Shown: piece after piece, positions 1 through 14,239 of the stretch
Layout: every line of letters starts with the position of its first letter
How positions within the stretch are numbered: the stretch's first letter is position 1
NCBI RefSeq assembly: GCF_009914755.1
Contig: NC_060945.1
Direction: 5' to 3' (one strand)
Origin: the human T2T-CHM13v2.0 reference genome, Homo sapiens
Length of the DNA: 64,000 nt
The notes under the pieces: generated by a model
Databases searched by the model: none
What the model was told of the DNA's origin: nothing
The model's input: only the letters and a program-made list of their open reading frames with translations
Made by a program: the position numbers and the translations under genes

Positions 1-660
1 TTTATTGCCATTGTTGTTGAGTTTCAATAGTTATTTGTCTATTTTGGATATCAGTCCTTTATCTGGTACATGTTTTGCAAAGATTTTTCTCCCATTCTGA
101 GATTTGGTTTTTCATTCTCTCAACAGTATCTTTCACAGAGTAGAAAATTTTATTTTTAATGTGGTCCAAATTTACATTTTTTTTTCCTTTTTATGGATGG
201 TGCTTTTGTGGTTGCATCAAAAAACATTTGCCAAAACCAGTCACTTAGATTTTCTCCCATGTTATCTTCTAGAAGTTTTTTTTTTTAATTCTACATCTAG
301 ATTCATGAACCATTTTGAGTTAACTTTTATGAAAATCATAATTTTTGTCTTTTGCTTCATTTATTTGTATGTATAAGTTCGATTTTTCTTGTGCCATTTG
401 TTGAAAAGGCTATCCTCTCTCTTTTCATTTGCCTTTCCCTCTTTTGTAAAAGATTATTTATTTATATTTGTATGGGTCTATTTTGGGGCTCCTTATTCTG
501 TTCCTCTGAAGTATATGCCCAGTTTCTTCACCAGTGCCACGTGGTTTTGATTACAATTGCTGTATAGTAAGTCTTGAAATAGGGTAATGTCAGTCATCCA
601 ACTTTGCTCTTTTTCATTGATATTGTGTTTTCTATTCTGAGATTTTTGCCTTTCCATTGC
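1..660 (-). mobile_element. Old L1M (L1MA/MB/MC-type) ORF2 3' fragment
   Basis: T-rich antisense L1 motifs such as TTTTGGATATCAGTCCTTTATC, TTTGCAAAGATTTTTCTCCCATTCTG and GTAGTAAGTCTTGAAAT-like segments; heavily diverged. Confidence 0.75.
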
Positions 661-751
661 AACTCATTTCTCTCTTTTTTTTGGCAGATATTTTAACATT
701 TAATGATATTAGTTCTATTTTCTTAATTGTCATACTTATCATCCATGGAAT

Positions 752-2066
752 ATTTTATTTTATTTTATTATTTCCATAGGTTATTAGGGGAACAAGTTGT
801 GTTTGGCTTATGAGTAAGTTCATAAGTGGTGATTTGTGAGATTTTGGTGCATCCATCACCTGAGCAGTATACACTGTACCCTAGTTGTATGTAGTCTTTT
901 ATCCCTGGCCGCCTTCCCCCCTTTTCCTCCTGAGTACCCAAAGTCGTTGTGTCTTTTTTTTTTCTTTTGAGACAGAGTTTCCCTCTTGTCACCCAAACTG
1001 GAGTGCAATGGCACCATCTTGGCTGACCGCAACCTTTGTCCTCTGGGTTCAAATGATTCTCCTGCCTCAGCCTCCTGAGTGGCTGGGATTACAGGCATGC
1101 ACCACCACGACTGGCTAATTTTGTATTTTTAGTAGAGACTGTGTCTTTCCATGTTGGTCAGGCTGGTCTTGAACTCCCGACCTCAGGTGATCCACCCACC
1201 TCGTCCTCCCAAAGTGCTGGGATTACCGGCGGGAGCTATGGCACCCAGCCTATTGTGTCATTGTTATGCCATTGCATCCTCATAGCTTAGCTCCCATGTA
1301 TGAGTGAGAATATATGATATTTGGTTTTCCATTCCTGAGTTACTTCACTTGAATAATAGTCTCCAATTTCATCCAGGTCACTGAGAATGTCATTAATTCG
1401 TTTCTTTTTCTGCCTAAGTAGTATTCTATCGAATATATATATACCACAGTTTCTTTATGCACTCATTGATTGTTGGGCATTTGGGTTGGCTCTGTTTTTG
1501 CAATTGTGAATTGTGCTGCTATATACATGGATGGGCAAGTATCTTTTTCATATAGTGACTTCTTTCCCTCTGGGTAGATACCCAGTAGTGGGATTGCTGG
1601 ATCAAATGGTAGTTTTACTTTTAGTCCTTTAAGCAATCTCTCCACGCTGTTTTCCACAGTGGTTGTTTGTTTACATTCCCATTAGCAGTGCAGAAGTGTT
1701 CCCTATTCACCTCATCCATGCCAACATCTACTATTTTTTGATTTTTTTGATTATGGCCATTCTAACAGAAGTAAGGTGATATCACACTGTGCTTTTGATT
1801 TGTGTTTCCCTGATCATTAGTGATGTTGCACATTCTTTCATATGTTTGTTGGCCATTTGTATATCTTCTTTTGAGAATTGTCTATTCATGTCCTTAGCCC
1901 ACTTTTTGATGGGATTGTTTGCCTTTTTCTTGTTGATTTGTTTGAGTTCATTGTAGAATCTGGATATTAGTCCTCTGTCAGGTGTATAGATTGTAAAGAT
2001 TTTTTCCCATTCTGTGGGTTGTCTGTTTACTTTGCTGACTGTCCCTTTTCCCACTCAAAAGTTTCT
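752..2066 (-). mobile_element. L1PB-type LINE-1: 3' UTR, poly(A) and ORF2 C-terminus (non-inverted part), interrupted by an Alu
   Basis: (TTTTA)n tail at ~752-770. Minus-strand ORFs encode ORF2 C-terminal motifs ([54 protein letters not shown]). The 3' UTR resembles L1PB. Confidence 0.9.
954..1250 (-). mobile_element. AluS (Sq/Sp-like), full length, inserted in the L1PB 3' UTR
   Basis: Dimeric antisense Alu with poly-T; flanking direct repeat TTGTGTC at 947-953 and 1253-1259. Confidence 0.95.
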
Positions 2067-3796
2067 AGCAACCGCAGTTAAAAAAGACAAAGTGGAACAT
2101 TATGTAATGATAAAAGGACTAGTCCAACAAGAAAATATCACAATCCTAGCCATACATGCACCTAACACTGGAGCTCCCAGATTTGTAAAACGATTACTAA
2201 TAGACCTAAGAAATGAGATAGACAGCAACACAGTAATAGCAGGGGACTTCAATACTCCACTGACAGCACTAGGCAGGTCATTAAGACAGAAACTCAAGAA
2301 AGAACAATGGATTTAAACTACACTCCGGAACAAATGGACTTAACACCTATATACAGAGCATTTTATCCAATAACCGCAGAATATACATTCTTTTCAACAG
2401 CATATGGCACTTTCTCTAAGATAGGTCATATGACAGGCCATAAAACAAGCCTCAATAAATTTAATAAAACTGAAATTATACCAAGCACTCTCTCAGACCA
2501 CAGTGTAATAAAGCTGGAAATCAACTCCAAAAGGAACCTTTGAAACTATGTAAATACATGGAAATTAAATAACCTTCTCATGAATGAACATTGGGTCAAA
2601 AATGAAATCAGGATGGAAATTAAAAAATTATTTGAACTTAATGACAATAGTGACACAACCTATCAAAACCTCTGGAACACAGCAAAAATGGCGCTAAGAG
2701 GAAAGTTTATAGCCCTAAACACCTACATAAAAGACTGTGAAAGAGCAAAAACAGACACTCTAAAGTCACACCTCAAGGAACTAGAGAAACAAGAACAAAC
2801 CAAATCCAGCAGAAGAAAGGAAATAACCAAGATCAGAGCAGAACTAAATAAAATTGAAATGAAAAATACAAAAGATAAATGAAACAAAAAGCTGATTCTT
2901 TGAAAAGATAAATAAAATTGGTAGACCATTAGCAAGATTAACCAAGAAAAAAAGAGAGAAAATCCAAATAAGCTCAATAAGAAATGAAACAGAGATATTA
3001 CAACTGACACCACAGAAATACAAAACATCATTCCAGACTACTATGAACACCTTTATGCGCATAAACTGAAAACCTAGAAGAGATAAATAAATTCCTGGAA
3101 AGATACAACCCTCCTAGCTTATATCATGAGGAACTAGATACCTTGTACAGACCAATAACAAGAAGCGACATTGAAATGGTAATTAAAAAATTACCAACAC
3201 GAAAAAGTCCAGGACCAGATGGATTCACAGCAGAATTCTATCAGACATTCAAGGAAGAGTTAGTACCAATTCTACTGATACTATTCCACAAGATAAAGAG
3301 GGAACCCTCCCTGAATTATCCTGTGAAGCCAGTATCATCCTAATACCAAAACCAGGAAAGGACATAACCAAAAAAAACAAACAAACAAACAAACAAAAAA
3401 AACTACAGGCTAAAATTCCTGATGAACATAGATCCTAAAATCCTTAGCAAAATACTAGGTAATCAAATCCAACAACATAAAAGACAATCCACCATGATAA
3501 AGTGGGTTTCATAGCAGGGATGCAAGGATGGTTTAACATGTGCAAGTCAGTAAATGTGATACACCACATAAACAGCATTAAAAACAAACATCATATGATG
3601 ATTTCATAGATGCAGAAAAAAATTCCACAAAATCCAGCATCCCTTTGTGATTAAAACTCTCAGTAAAATCAGAATACAAGGGAGATACCTTAATGTAATA
3701 AAAGCCATCTATGACAAACTCACAGCCAACAAAATACTGAATGGGGAAAAGTAGAAAGCATTCCCGCTGAGAACTGGAAAAACGGAAGAATGCCCA
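2067..3796 (+). mobile_element. L1PB-type ORF2 fragment (endonuclease to RT), inverted 5' part of the same insertion; disrupted
   Basis: Translations contain ORF2 motifs [48 protein letters not shown], with multiple stops and frameshifts. Confidence 0.92.
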
Positions 3797-6700
3797 TGGT
3801 ATGGGGTAAATGGTAAGATTTACCCCAAACTCACCAGTAATGGTATGATCTTGGTAGAATCAGGAACACTTATTACATCATGCATTATATACATTAATCA
3901 GTAGAGTGTAAGATGCACATTTCTTCTATATTTTTGGAATATCAATTGCAACATCATGAACTATCATAAACTAGCACACACATTTTTTTCTCATATAGGT
4001 TCAGTGATGATTACTAAGTAGATATAATAATTTGGTTATTATTAGCTCTTCTGAGCAAATTTGTTAGGAATAGATCCTTAATTTCCATCTTCAAGCATAA
4101 TCATCTTATCAATGGCAAAACAACAACAGTGAAACTGACTTTACGGAGTTGGAATCTAGGTTCCAGCCAACTGAAGACCACAACCAATTCCACCCTACTC
4201 TGCTCCATTTAGCACAAATACAATACATCGAGTCCTGTAGAATTGTGTGAAAAAAAATGAGTAGTTTTGGAGCAGCCTGCCTCTGTACCTACCTACCTTA
4301 GCAAATAGCAGTAAATTACCACAGATTCATTATCAATGGTAGTAAATGGATCCACAGATCCATTCCCATTAATCACATTCTCCCCACTGATTTGCTTTAC
4401 AAAGGCTAAGAGAAGGTGGAGTCTTTGCCATTTGCAGAGATTGAGGGACTAGTACATAAGTGATTATTCATTTTTTGCCTTATTACTATTGTAGACAGAA
4501 AGACAGTATGTGCTTTACAAATTTAGTAGATTGAAAACTTGTTAGGTAAAAATCCAGTTAATTGTACACTAAATTAACACAGCTAGTTAAAACTCAGATG
4601 AAGTCCTTTTTTGAAGTCCTCCTACCTTTTGCTATCCTAGTTGTTGTCTTCTCTGTCCTTAGCTTTTTGTTCATGCACTTACTGTTACTTACATTATATT
4701 GTATGATAATTTATCTTCCTATATAGCTTTCCCTTTCACGAGACATTTAGTTCCTCTAAAATATCAATATGTCACAACCTAGCACATAAAAAGTAACCAG
4801 GGCATATTGACCAGTTTTGAGAGAATGAATAAATATGTATGTTAAGGATGATATCTCCAGTTCTAATAATTAACATTATCATTTTTCTTCAGTTGTGGGC
4901 TATTTATATGCATCAATGTGGCCAACTTCTTAATTATACGTCTGATTGCTTTGGGGGATAAATGCTTTCTGTGTCCCTAATTTTACATATTTGGACCTCC
5001 AAGGGGGTAATTAATGGCATCAACTCTATTATCGTGTCACAGATAACTGGTGTTCATGTTAAATTTTCTAGAGGAGACTTCTAAGAGAAGGTATATATAT
5101 ATATATATATACTCATATATGCTTTTGAAATCACTTAATGAAGAGAGAACACGTTTATTATGAGAATTTTCCAAAACTAATAATTAGTGAAAGATAATGG
5201 ATGCAAGTATGTACATATACTACAAGTATTTGCAAGAATCTGAAATTTTGAATTTCATAGTATCAGCTCCTCATCACAAACTAAGATAAATATATAAGCA
5301 TATTCTGTGTCTTACCCAAATGTGTGCCAATTGTACGTAAGGTACAAAAACAGTTCTTGTGCATGGCTATATTTCCTAATGCTAATAATCTCTGAGAATC
5401 TCAATAGTAAAAGTGTTTATTGTAAGACCATCATTATATAAAGAAAAACAAAAAGAAACAAAGAAAAGAAAAGTAAGATACAGAAGCCATCCTTGTTATT
5501 TGAAAGAAGAAACAGAAATAAATCAACACCAAATAGTTCATACGCTGTAATATTAAGGAAAGTTGGGACTTGAATTTAAGTAGACAAATATAGTGTATTT
5601 CACTGTTCCTGAAAAAAGAGAAACAGAATATGATCTACATCTACTGCTTGCCATATGTCTCCACATTTCCCCTGATTTTTGGATAGTAAGCTAAATCTAA
5701 TAAGAAGAGCACAAAGAGGTAAATGACAAAGGTGAGCTAAAGCATTTGGCAGCATTTAAACAACATAATACAGGCTGTACTTACATCTGCCTTTGTGAAG
5801 ATAAAAGGATGTTGTACTGGAAAACCATTCTAATTTTAGTAACTACCTCTATAAAACTGCAAGCAAATAATTTGCAAACAGCAGATAGTTCCATGATTTG
5901 CTCTAGGAGCAACTGTGTCTTAAGCAACTGATTTCCTTTTTGGTTTTCCCTTAGCTCGAGAATCTTAATTGTTACAACTTTATGGGGAGTTTGGCCCTCA
6001 GTAGTTAAGATCATATTCATGCTTTTTTAGTTTGCTCTCTCTTAACACATTAAAATTGACCATTAAATTGTAGACAACATGTGACTTACAAGCCCTTTGA
6101 ATGTATAACTTAATGCAAGTATTGTGTTCTTATCATTTTGGTGTATAATAAATGACTTCATATGCTCTATACTTCATAAATAAAAGTACCTGGCTACTGC
6201 ACGTCTCCATCTAGGCTAAAGGGAAACTTGTATATTCCTTTCTTATTCATAACATGTAATACAACATCAGAAAATGTGACATAATGAAATCATAAAAATA
6301 GTCTTAGTGTAACAACATACACACTAAATGCCTCCTCAGCAAGCATTTTAGTTATTGCTATTTTCATTATTAGAATATTTAAAATTTAGCCATTTCTCAA
6401 ACTAATCTGCAGTTTTATATATATATATATATATACTACAGTTCCTTGATAATTTTATCCATCTTTGAACTTCACCATTTCATATACACATATGCCAAAA
6501 TTATGTATATACATATATGTACATATATGATACATAGTTATATATAATTTAACAAAAATATAATTTTGAAGTTTGAAATAAGAAGAGGTTAATATATTTT
6601 AAAATAGGTGGGATCATCAGATAGATACATCTACAGATATTCACATAAGCAAAATATCTTTCATAGCTATTCCAAGACAGTTATTATGTTGTACAGCTTG

Positions 6701-7509
6701 GATGTAGAAGTGTGTGGCACAAAATAAAGAGAACAAATTATGAGATAAGATACGTATTTCATTATAAGGATAATAATTTTATTGTAAACTTGCTAATATG
6801 TATTATACTATAGCAATTACCTAAATGTACATGTATGTCATTAAAATAACTATGACATTTTAAGCATTTCTATTAAATAACATTCCAAAGTTAGAGTTAA
6901 TGAGTAATTTACACTAATCCTATAAATACAGAATAAATAGTAGTCCATATTAATAAAAGGATATAATCAATATTGTTCTCTAGATTTGAATAATAAAATA
7001 TGAACATAAGATTGTCTTCCAGTGAAACATTCAACCTTGTCTCTGCCTCTCCTCCAGGAATTTCATGTCTCTCCTTTCCTATGAATACTCAAGATTTTTA
7101 AAGACTAAGCTATACACAGCCACCTCCTTAATATCATATACTGATAGTAGAGAGTAAATTTATTTGGATCCTGATTCGCCATATTCACTGAAGTTGAATA
7201 AACATATATCCATTTAGCCAATGGTTCTACTTATAGATGGATTTCATCTGTTCACTTTTTTTCTTATATTTTTTCCTAACTTTTAAAACAAGTTTTTGGA
7301 TTGCAAGCTACTTTTGGATGGGTCTTATTAGGATTTGATCACACCATTTATATTAATAACGTAGCACATCAACTGACACATAATGAGAACTGAATAAATG
7401 TAATTCTTTTTTATTCTGGGCCTAAATATTGTTTAAATAAGCAGGGAAAAACTAAAGTTGAATTTTTAAAAATAATTCTTTGGTTTTACTGTTATGATAA
7501 TTTTCCACA

Positions 7510-8050
7510 TGGGATAGGCTGGTATTTAGCTCCTACTCAGGACTGGTCTTCTTTGGGCAAGTTTTCACATTAGTTTATCACTTTTGTAATCACTATTTAT
7601 GCACAAAGTTGCAACGATATTACGATTGTCTCTTCAGAGTGAGAATTTTGATAAAGTCTAATAAAAACCCATACTTCCTCTGAGATTTTCAGAAAATCCA
7701 CTATGATATTCCCTTTATGCCTGCTGGTTCTGGATAGTGTATTTGACTTAGTATGGCCCCAGCAGAGACTATTATGAGACTTTTATTTGTTGCTTGTGGA
7801 AAAAGCTCTTTTTTGTGCACGATGATCAGTATGTATATGAGCCCAAGACTGTTGAAGAAAATTTGCTAAAGTAAGAAATAAAGGAAAGATGAAGGATGCA
7901 GAGCTCAGAGATCTGGAGAGAAAGAAAAGCCTTGGGTTCTTATTAAATAATGTAACTGAAGCCTGGCCAGTCTACTGACTTTTAATTTACCGAACTTCAT
8001 AAATTCTCTTTTTAATTTTAGTCAGTTTTATATTTTTTCAAACAATCATG
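7510..8050 (+). mobile_element. Possible ancient MaLR (MLT1-type) LTR fragment
   Basis: Degenerate MLT1-like 3' part (CTGAAGCCTGGCC...ATAAATTCTCTTTT); weak. Confidence 0.3.
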
Positions 8051-8874
8051 CCCCCTTAATTGTGAAGTCTGATCCACGTTATATAATGTGTTGAATATCT
8101 CAAAATATGGAAAATATGAATATACATCCTCCAAACTTCTGAGTTACTGCTACAATTCCCATTTTTTTTTAATGTGAGTAAACTCATCCCTGGAGTAGTT
8201 ATATGAATTTTCTCAAAGTAGTTGTTCACTGTTGAATACCAAATTTGACACAAAAACAGTCTCCAGTCTTATATAATTTTAATTTTTATAAGAGAGACAA
8301 CCTCATGAAAAACACCAATACACACTTTGTGTTGTGTGGATTATGACGCCAAAATAATCACTACCATTCTGAACTCTGTAATCTCCCTCACCTATTAATT
8401 TGGCTATTTCTTGCCCAATTTTAGACAATATTCTTTCTTCATAAAATGATTTCATATCAGTTAGACCTAGATCCTGCTCATTTTCCCAAAATTTTCTTTA
8501 TTTTTATTTTGTTTTGTTGGTCCAGCTACATCAATTTTTCATTCAAAAATACATGTAGACAAAATTGTAACTAAAAGGTCATCAATTTTAATGACTAATT
8601 TGGCAAAAACTGATATCTTACAAAAATTGCCTTAAGCTCCAGAGTCTGCACTAGATTGAGAATTAGTGTTAGCCAAGGACACTGCTAGAGAGGAGATGGG
8701 TGAATGGGCACTGAGATGATGGCTAAGGCCCAAAGCACACTGTTCTTGCCTTACTGCCAGGGGGATATTGACAAGCTTGACAAGAACAAGTGCATGGACA
8801 AAAACAGAAGGCAGTGGTGAAGGCAGCGGTGGCTGCTACATCAGTAAAGCTCTTGGCTTATTATTAGTCGGCCA

Positions 8875-9240
8875 GCTGTTAAACTATTTTCTTTCAACTC
8901 TAAACCTGATGATCTATACCCTACTTTTTGATGCCAGGGATGGGACTTTGCAAACTGTCTTTCTTCTTTGCCAGCTGGCTTCTCCTTAGGTTATGCAAAT
9001 AGAGAACAATGGAGAGAGTTTGGAGGGACAGGAGGCAGGAGGAGGGACAGGAGCTTTCTCCTTCCTGTCTGCATTCTTCTCTTGTCAGTGGCTCTTCAGA
9101 AGCACTCTTCACTCTGGCAGTGGCAGTTGGCTTTATTATCTAGCTTATTTTGGTCTTTTCAATATCAGCCTTACTACTCCCCTTCAGAAGTCTGGACTGT
9201 AGCTGTCAGCTCAGAAGTAAGACTCCCAGATGCATAGGAC
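8875..9240 (+). mobile_element. ERVL solo LTR fragment (LTR33/LTR41-like)
   Basis: Resembles recalled consensus: GATGCCAGGGATGGGACTTTGCAAAC...TTTGCCAGCTGGCTTCTCCTTAGG...GGAGAGAG...GGAGG. Confidence 0.55.
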
Positions 9241-9395
9241 ACTCTACGCTGCTGAGGTGCAGCTATATCTTGGACAAACGTGCCCAGGGGTTATTGATAT
9301 GATTCTTATTTCTTGATAACATTTTCCATCAAGTTTTAATTCTACTTCTAGTTGAACACATACACACACATACACACATGCATACATAATACATA

Positions 9396-10002
9396 CAGGT
9401 GATCTTCAAATATGTCACTTTGTTCAATGTCATCTTATTATAATGTTGAAGAGAAAAGAAATTGATTCCCAGCTGGAGCTACAGTGTGTGTGGAGTTTGC
9501 ATGTTCTTCCCATGTCTGTGCAGGTTTGCTCTGCGTATTCTGGCTTCCTCCCACTTTCCAAAGATGTGCATATCAGGTTCATTGGAGTGTGTACATTGTG
9601 CCATAACAATGTAGGATGAGTGAGTCTGGGTGTGGGTGTGAGGGCACCTGCCATGGGATGGAGTTCTGACCTGCACTTGTTACTGCCTTGCATCCTGAGC
9701 TGTCCAGATACGCTCTGGCCACCTGCGACCTTGAGCTAGAATACATGAATAAATCATGATCTTAATTTGTATTTATCTGTCTTAAATGTATGTACAGGTT
9801 ACATTCATTTTAATGTTTAATATTAGTAGTGTTTTGTTATCTATTTAGAAGTGTATAGATGTTTTTGTGACTACAAGTATGCCAAGGGAACTTAGCCCTT
9901 GATTATATCAATTAGCCTATGAAAAAAATTGGTTTTGTTATATGCTGTTTTGCTTGAAATCAAAGTTCTCGTATCTATTGTAGAGGTTGTGAGGATTTAC
10001 TA
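9396..10002. mobile_element. MER6A-type non-autonomous TcMar-Tigger DNA transposon, full length
   Basis: About 607 bp, flanked by TA, starting CAG. Internal GGAGTTTGCATGTTCTTCCCATGTCTGTG...CTTCCTCCCACTTTCCAAAGATGTGCA matches the recalled MER6 consensus. Confidence 0.85.
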
Positions 10003-10255
10003 TATATATATGTAAATATGATATATTTTGCATAATATATGTATTATATAATATAAACTAAATATATTAATATAAACTATATAATATATAAAATTATAAA
10101 ATATATTATATTTCATATAATTTTAATTGTAATGCATAATTATATGAAATACAATTATAATTAAATATAACGTGTAAATATTATATATTATATACTTCTA
10201 ATAATTATATAATATAAAATATATTGTATATATGAATACAATATATTTTATGTAT
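10003..10255. repeat. AT/(TA)n-rich low-complexity tract
   Basis: Almost only A/T, made of degenerate TATA/TATAA units. Confidence 0.9.
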
Positions 10256-10274
10256 GTGTGCACATATTAATACA

Positions 10275-10615
10275 TGTATTAGTCCATTCAGGCTGCCACA
10301 ACAAAATAGTTTAGATTGGGAAGCTCAGATATTACAGAAATGTATTTCTCACAGTTCTCGAGGCTAGAAAATCCTAGGTAAGTTGCCGGCAGATTTGATG
10401 TCTGGTGAGGGCCTTCTTGCTTCATAGATAGAGGTCTTCTCACTGTAACCTCACATGGCAGAAGGGACAAATGAGTTCCCTTGGACTCTTTATGAGGACT
10501 CCATATCCATGACCTAATCTTTTCCCCGAAAGCCTTCACTCCAAAGATCATCACTTCGGGGTTAAGATTTTAACATATGAATTTTGAGGAGAAAGAAGTA
10601 TTCAGAATATTCAAG
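10275..10615 (-). mobile_element. MLT1A/MST-type MaLR solo LTR
   Basis: TGTATTAGTCCATTCAGGCTGCC...TTTCTCACAGTTCT...GTCTGGTGAGGGCC...AACATATGAATTTTG. Confidence 0.85.
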
Positions 10616-10619
10616 TAAC

Positions 10620-10900
10620 ATATGTATGTATAAATTCAAATAAATATCATGTGCACACACACAATATATATAAACATATATGTTTATACATATATTTATA
10701 TATAAATATATAGACATATATATAAATATATAGACATATATATTTATAGATATAGCATGTTCATATTTATTTGAATTTATATATAAATATAAACTTTATT
10801 CACATTTGAATATTTACATTTATTTGTTCATAGTATTTACTTGAATAATACTTGAATTCAATTATTTTTTATATGTGTACATATATATATAGTGTGTGTG
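10620..10900. repeat. TA-rich simple repeat, including a duplicated ATATATAAATATATAGACAT unit
   Basis: Seen directly. Confidence 0.8.
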
Positions 10901-12140
10901 TTCATAATATTTATTTGAATTTTTTTCATGCTGTTTAGACCCTCTATTATATTTGAACTAAGGTTAAGAATCAATGTTTTTCAGTTTAATTTGTAGCTAT
11001 AGTATACTTAACATATAGCCCACAAGAATTTTGAACCATAGAAGAACTTAATATGTTTTCAGAAGTTTTCATGGATAAGACAAATAATATGACAGAAATG
11101 AGAAAATGCAGCCACAGGAAATTTTCTTAAACATTGTATTCCAAAGCATGAAGAACATTTCTAATGATGACATAGGTTATCCAGAGAACGGCCAAAAGAA
11201 AATTCAAACTACAAGAATAACATCCACTTACTAGCCTTCTATTTTGGAAATTATATTATTATATAAACCAGTGCCAAGTAAAATAGAATTATATATATTT
11301 TATTAGGTACAGTTGTGTGAGTTTTATTTAGACTTTCCAACATAATTTTATAAGTTGCAGTCATTTTTCAACCTAAGGAATAATACAATAAATACAACTA
11401 AAGTTCTTGAAGGGATAGAGTTATCTTATGAATAGAATTTATATGTATCATTGTAGACAAATAAATTAAGCTAATGATCTAGCATTGGACTGATGAGGGG
11501 AATTAAACGCAATAATCAAGGGTGTAGAATTAATATGCAGAGTTGCTGTCTATCTGAAATGTCTAAGAGGTAGGATTTGTGTCTTTTTTATATTCCCCAT
11601 AGCAGTCTTATATGTATAAAACAAAGCAATGACTTCCTCTGTCGCACCAGCTGTATGTACCCCTTGATGTTATAAAAGAGATTGGCTTATCATCTAAGGC
11701 CCTTTCATGATTAATGAGAGAGGGAAAGAAAATGAGCTAATGATTTAAAAATAAAACGGTGGTTTAAGGTAAAAATAAAATTTTACATCAGGAAAAAGGG
11801 AATGAATTGTCCCAGGGGAATGAAATACCAATGATTTCTCCCACTATACTGAGTATTAAATTCATAAAGACATACACTGCTGGTCAGGTGATATGCTAGT
11901 TGCTCAATGGTTTTACTTTCACTGGTTACCATCTTCAGAAGACACATGGATATGACAAGGATAAATATGGATTCATACACACACGCACTGATAAAACTTC
12001 AGAGTTTATTGAACATAATAATTCAGCAGCACAACTCTGTCAACAACTACATCCAAAAAGACACAAGTAATTTTGTCCAGGCTATCAAGACATGAAGAGA
12101 ATGTAAGAAAAAAAAAGGAAAAACAGAAGTTTCCAACCAA

Positions 12141-12141
<1 letters not shown>

Positions 12142-12193
<52 letters not shown>
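12142..12193. repeat. (CA)~26 microsatellite
   Basis: Perfect dinucleotide run. Confidence 0.98.
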
Positions 12194-12197
<4 letters not shown>

Positions 12198-13096
12198 TTC
12201 TACCATCAAAAGCTTTGAACTAGAACTAGGCAGCGATTTCCTGATTAATGGGCTGTGTAATGAAAGAGATGCTTGAGGGTGACCTTTTCCAATCTATATA
12301 ACACGAACTGTAGTCACTTAGGTGCCCCACAGAAGTGTTTTCAGGGCAAAACGTTTTCAGAAAAAAAAAGTATTCTTTATGAAAGAACTAGACTATTGTC
12401 TCGGTAATTTTTAAGAGATACTATACCAGTTCATTTTAAATATTATATAATTTTAAATAAGTACTAAAAATATGCTATGTTATTTAATCTTTAAAAAACC
12501 ATAAACTTTATTTTTAAAAGTTTAAATAATAAAAAAGGGAAAAATATATGGGAAGAAATGTTTGAATTGCAGATTTACATGTTCTTATTTTTTTCGGTAC
12601 AGAATCAATTGTATTTTACCTTTCTTAAGATGAAGATAGAAAGGGATGTTGACTGACATACAATAGCAGGTAATCAGAGATATCCAGAAAATTTTATCAA
12701 TAACAAAAATTTTGACAATAAGACTTTTTTTCCAACAAAACTATTAAGAGTAATTTTACATTTATAGGTAATTTTCAAACTCCTCCATCATCAATTATCT
12801 ATATCGCACCTAACACCATGGTCTTCTCAATGCTCCCCAATGCCACCTACAGGCACAAAAAACAGACTTAAAAAGGACATTAAGAAATTGATATGATTAG
12901 AAATCATTCTTATTTTAAAGTTTTTTTCCTTAATTCTTTTGTATCAGAAAAAAAAGCAAGTCTTTCTTTGTCATCCATTGGCTAGAAGCCTTCAAAATTT
13001 TGAAAGCAAATACAATTTCTAAGAATGCCAGGAGAAAATAAGGCTTTGAATCTATAGAGTAAATAAGAAAGCGCCACAGCCTACTTTCTGGAAGTA

Positions 13097-13839
<743 letters not shown>

Positions 13840-14124
13840 AAGTGTGATGTCATGGAGGTCACCTGCCTCTGCTGAGTGCAGACAGCAAGGGTTCTCTTTT
13901 GATGGCACTAAAACACACACAACCTTCATGCCAATCATATTCAGTATCCTGTGGGGCAAGAAAGCTAAGCGATCTTAACATAGTAAGACTAAATTTAATA
14001 TTCCATACCCATTAGATTAGACTTTATTAGAAACAATGTAAAAATAACTAAGTATAAAAAACAAATTCAGAGCATAAGTAGGAATTAAATCAGTAATATT
14101 AAATTAGTCTGCTTAAGAGAAAAA

Positions 14125-14239
14125 ATGAACATAGAGTAGTAACATAAATGAAACAGTATAGTAACATAAATGAAACAAAGTATAGTAACATAAATAAAAC
14201 ATAGTTTAGTAACATAAATGAAGTATAGTACAGTAACAA
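14125..14239. repeat. Minisatellite, ~5 copies of a 22-24 bp unit (ATGAAACAGTATAGTAACATAA)
   Basis: Core TAGTAACATAAAT repeated four times, plus a degenerate fifth unit. Confidence 0.85.

Noticed and set aside
14125-14239. CRISPR-like repeat-spacer array
   Set aside because: Linkers are only ~10 bp and similar to each other, the context is primate DNA and there are no cas genes; it is a minisatellite.
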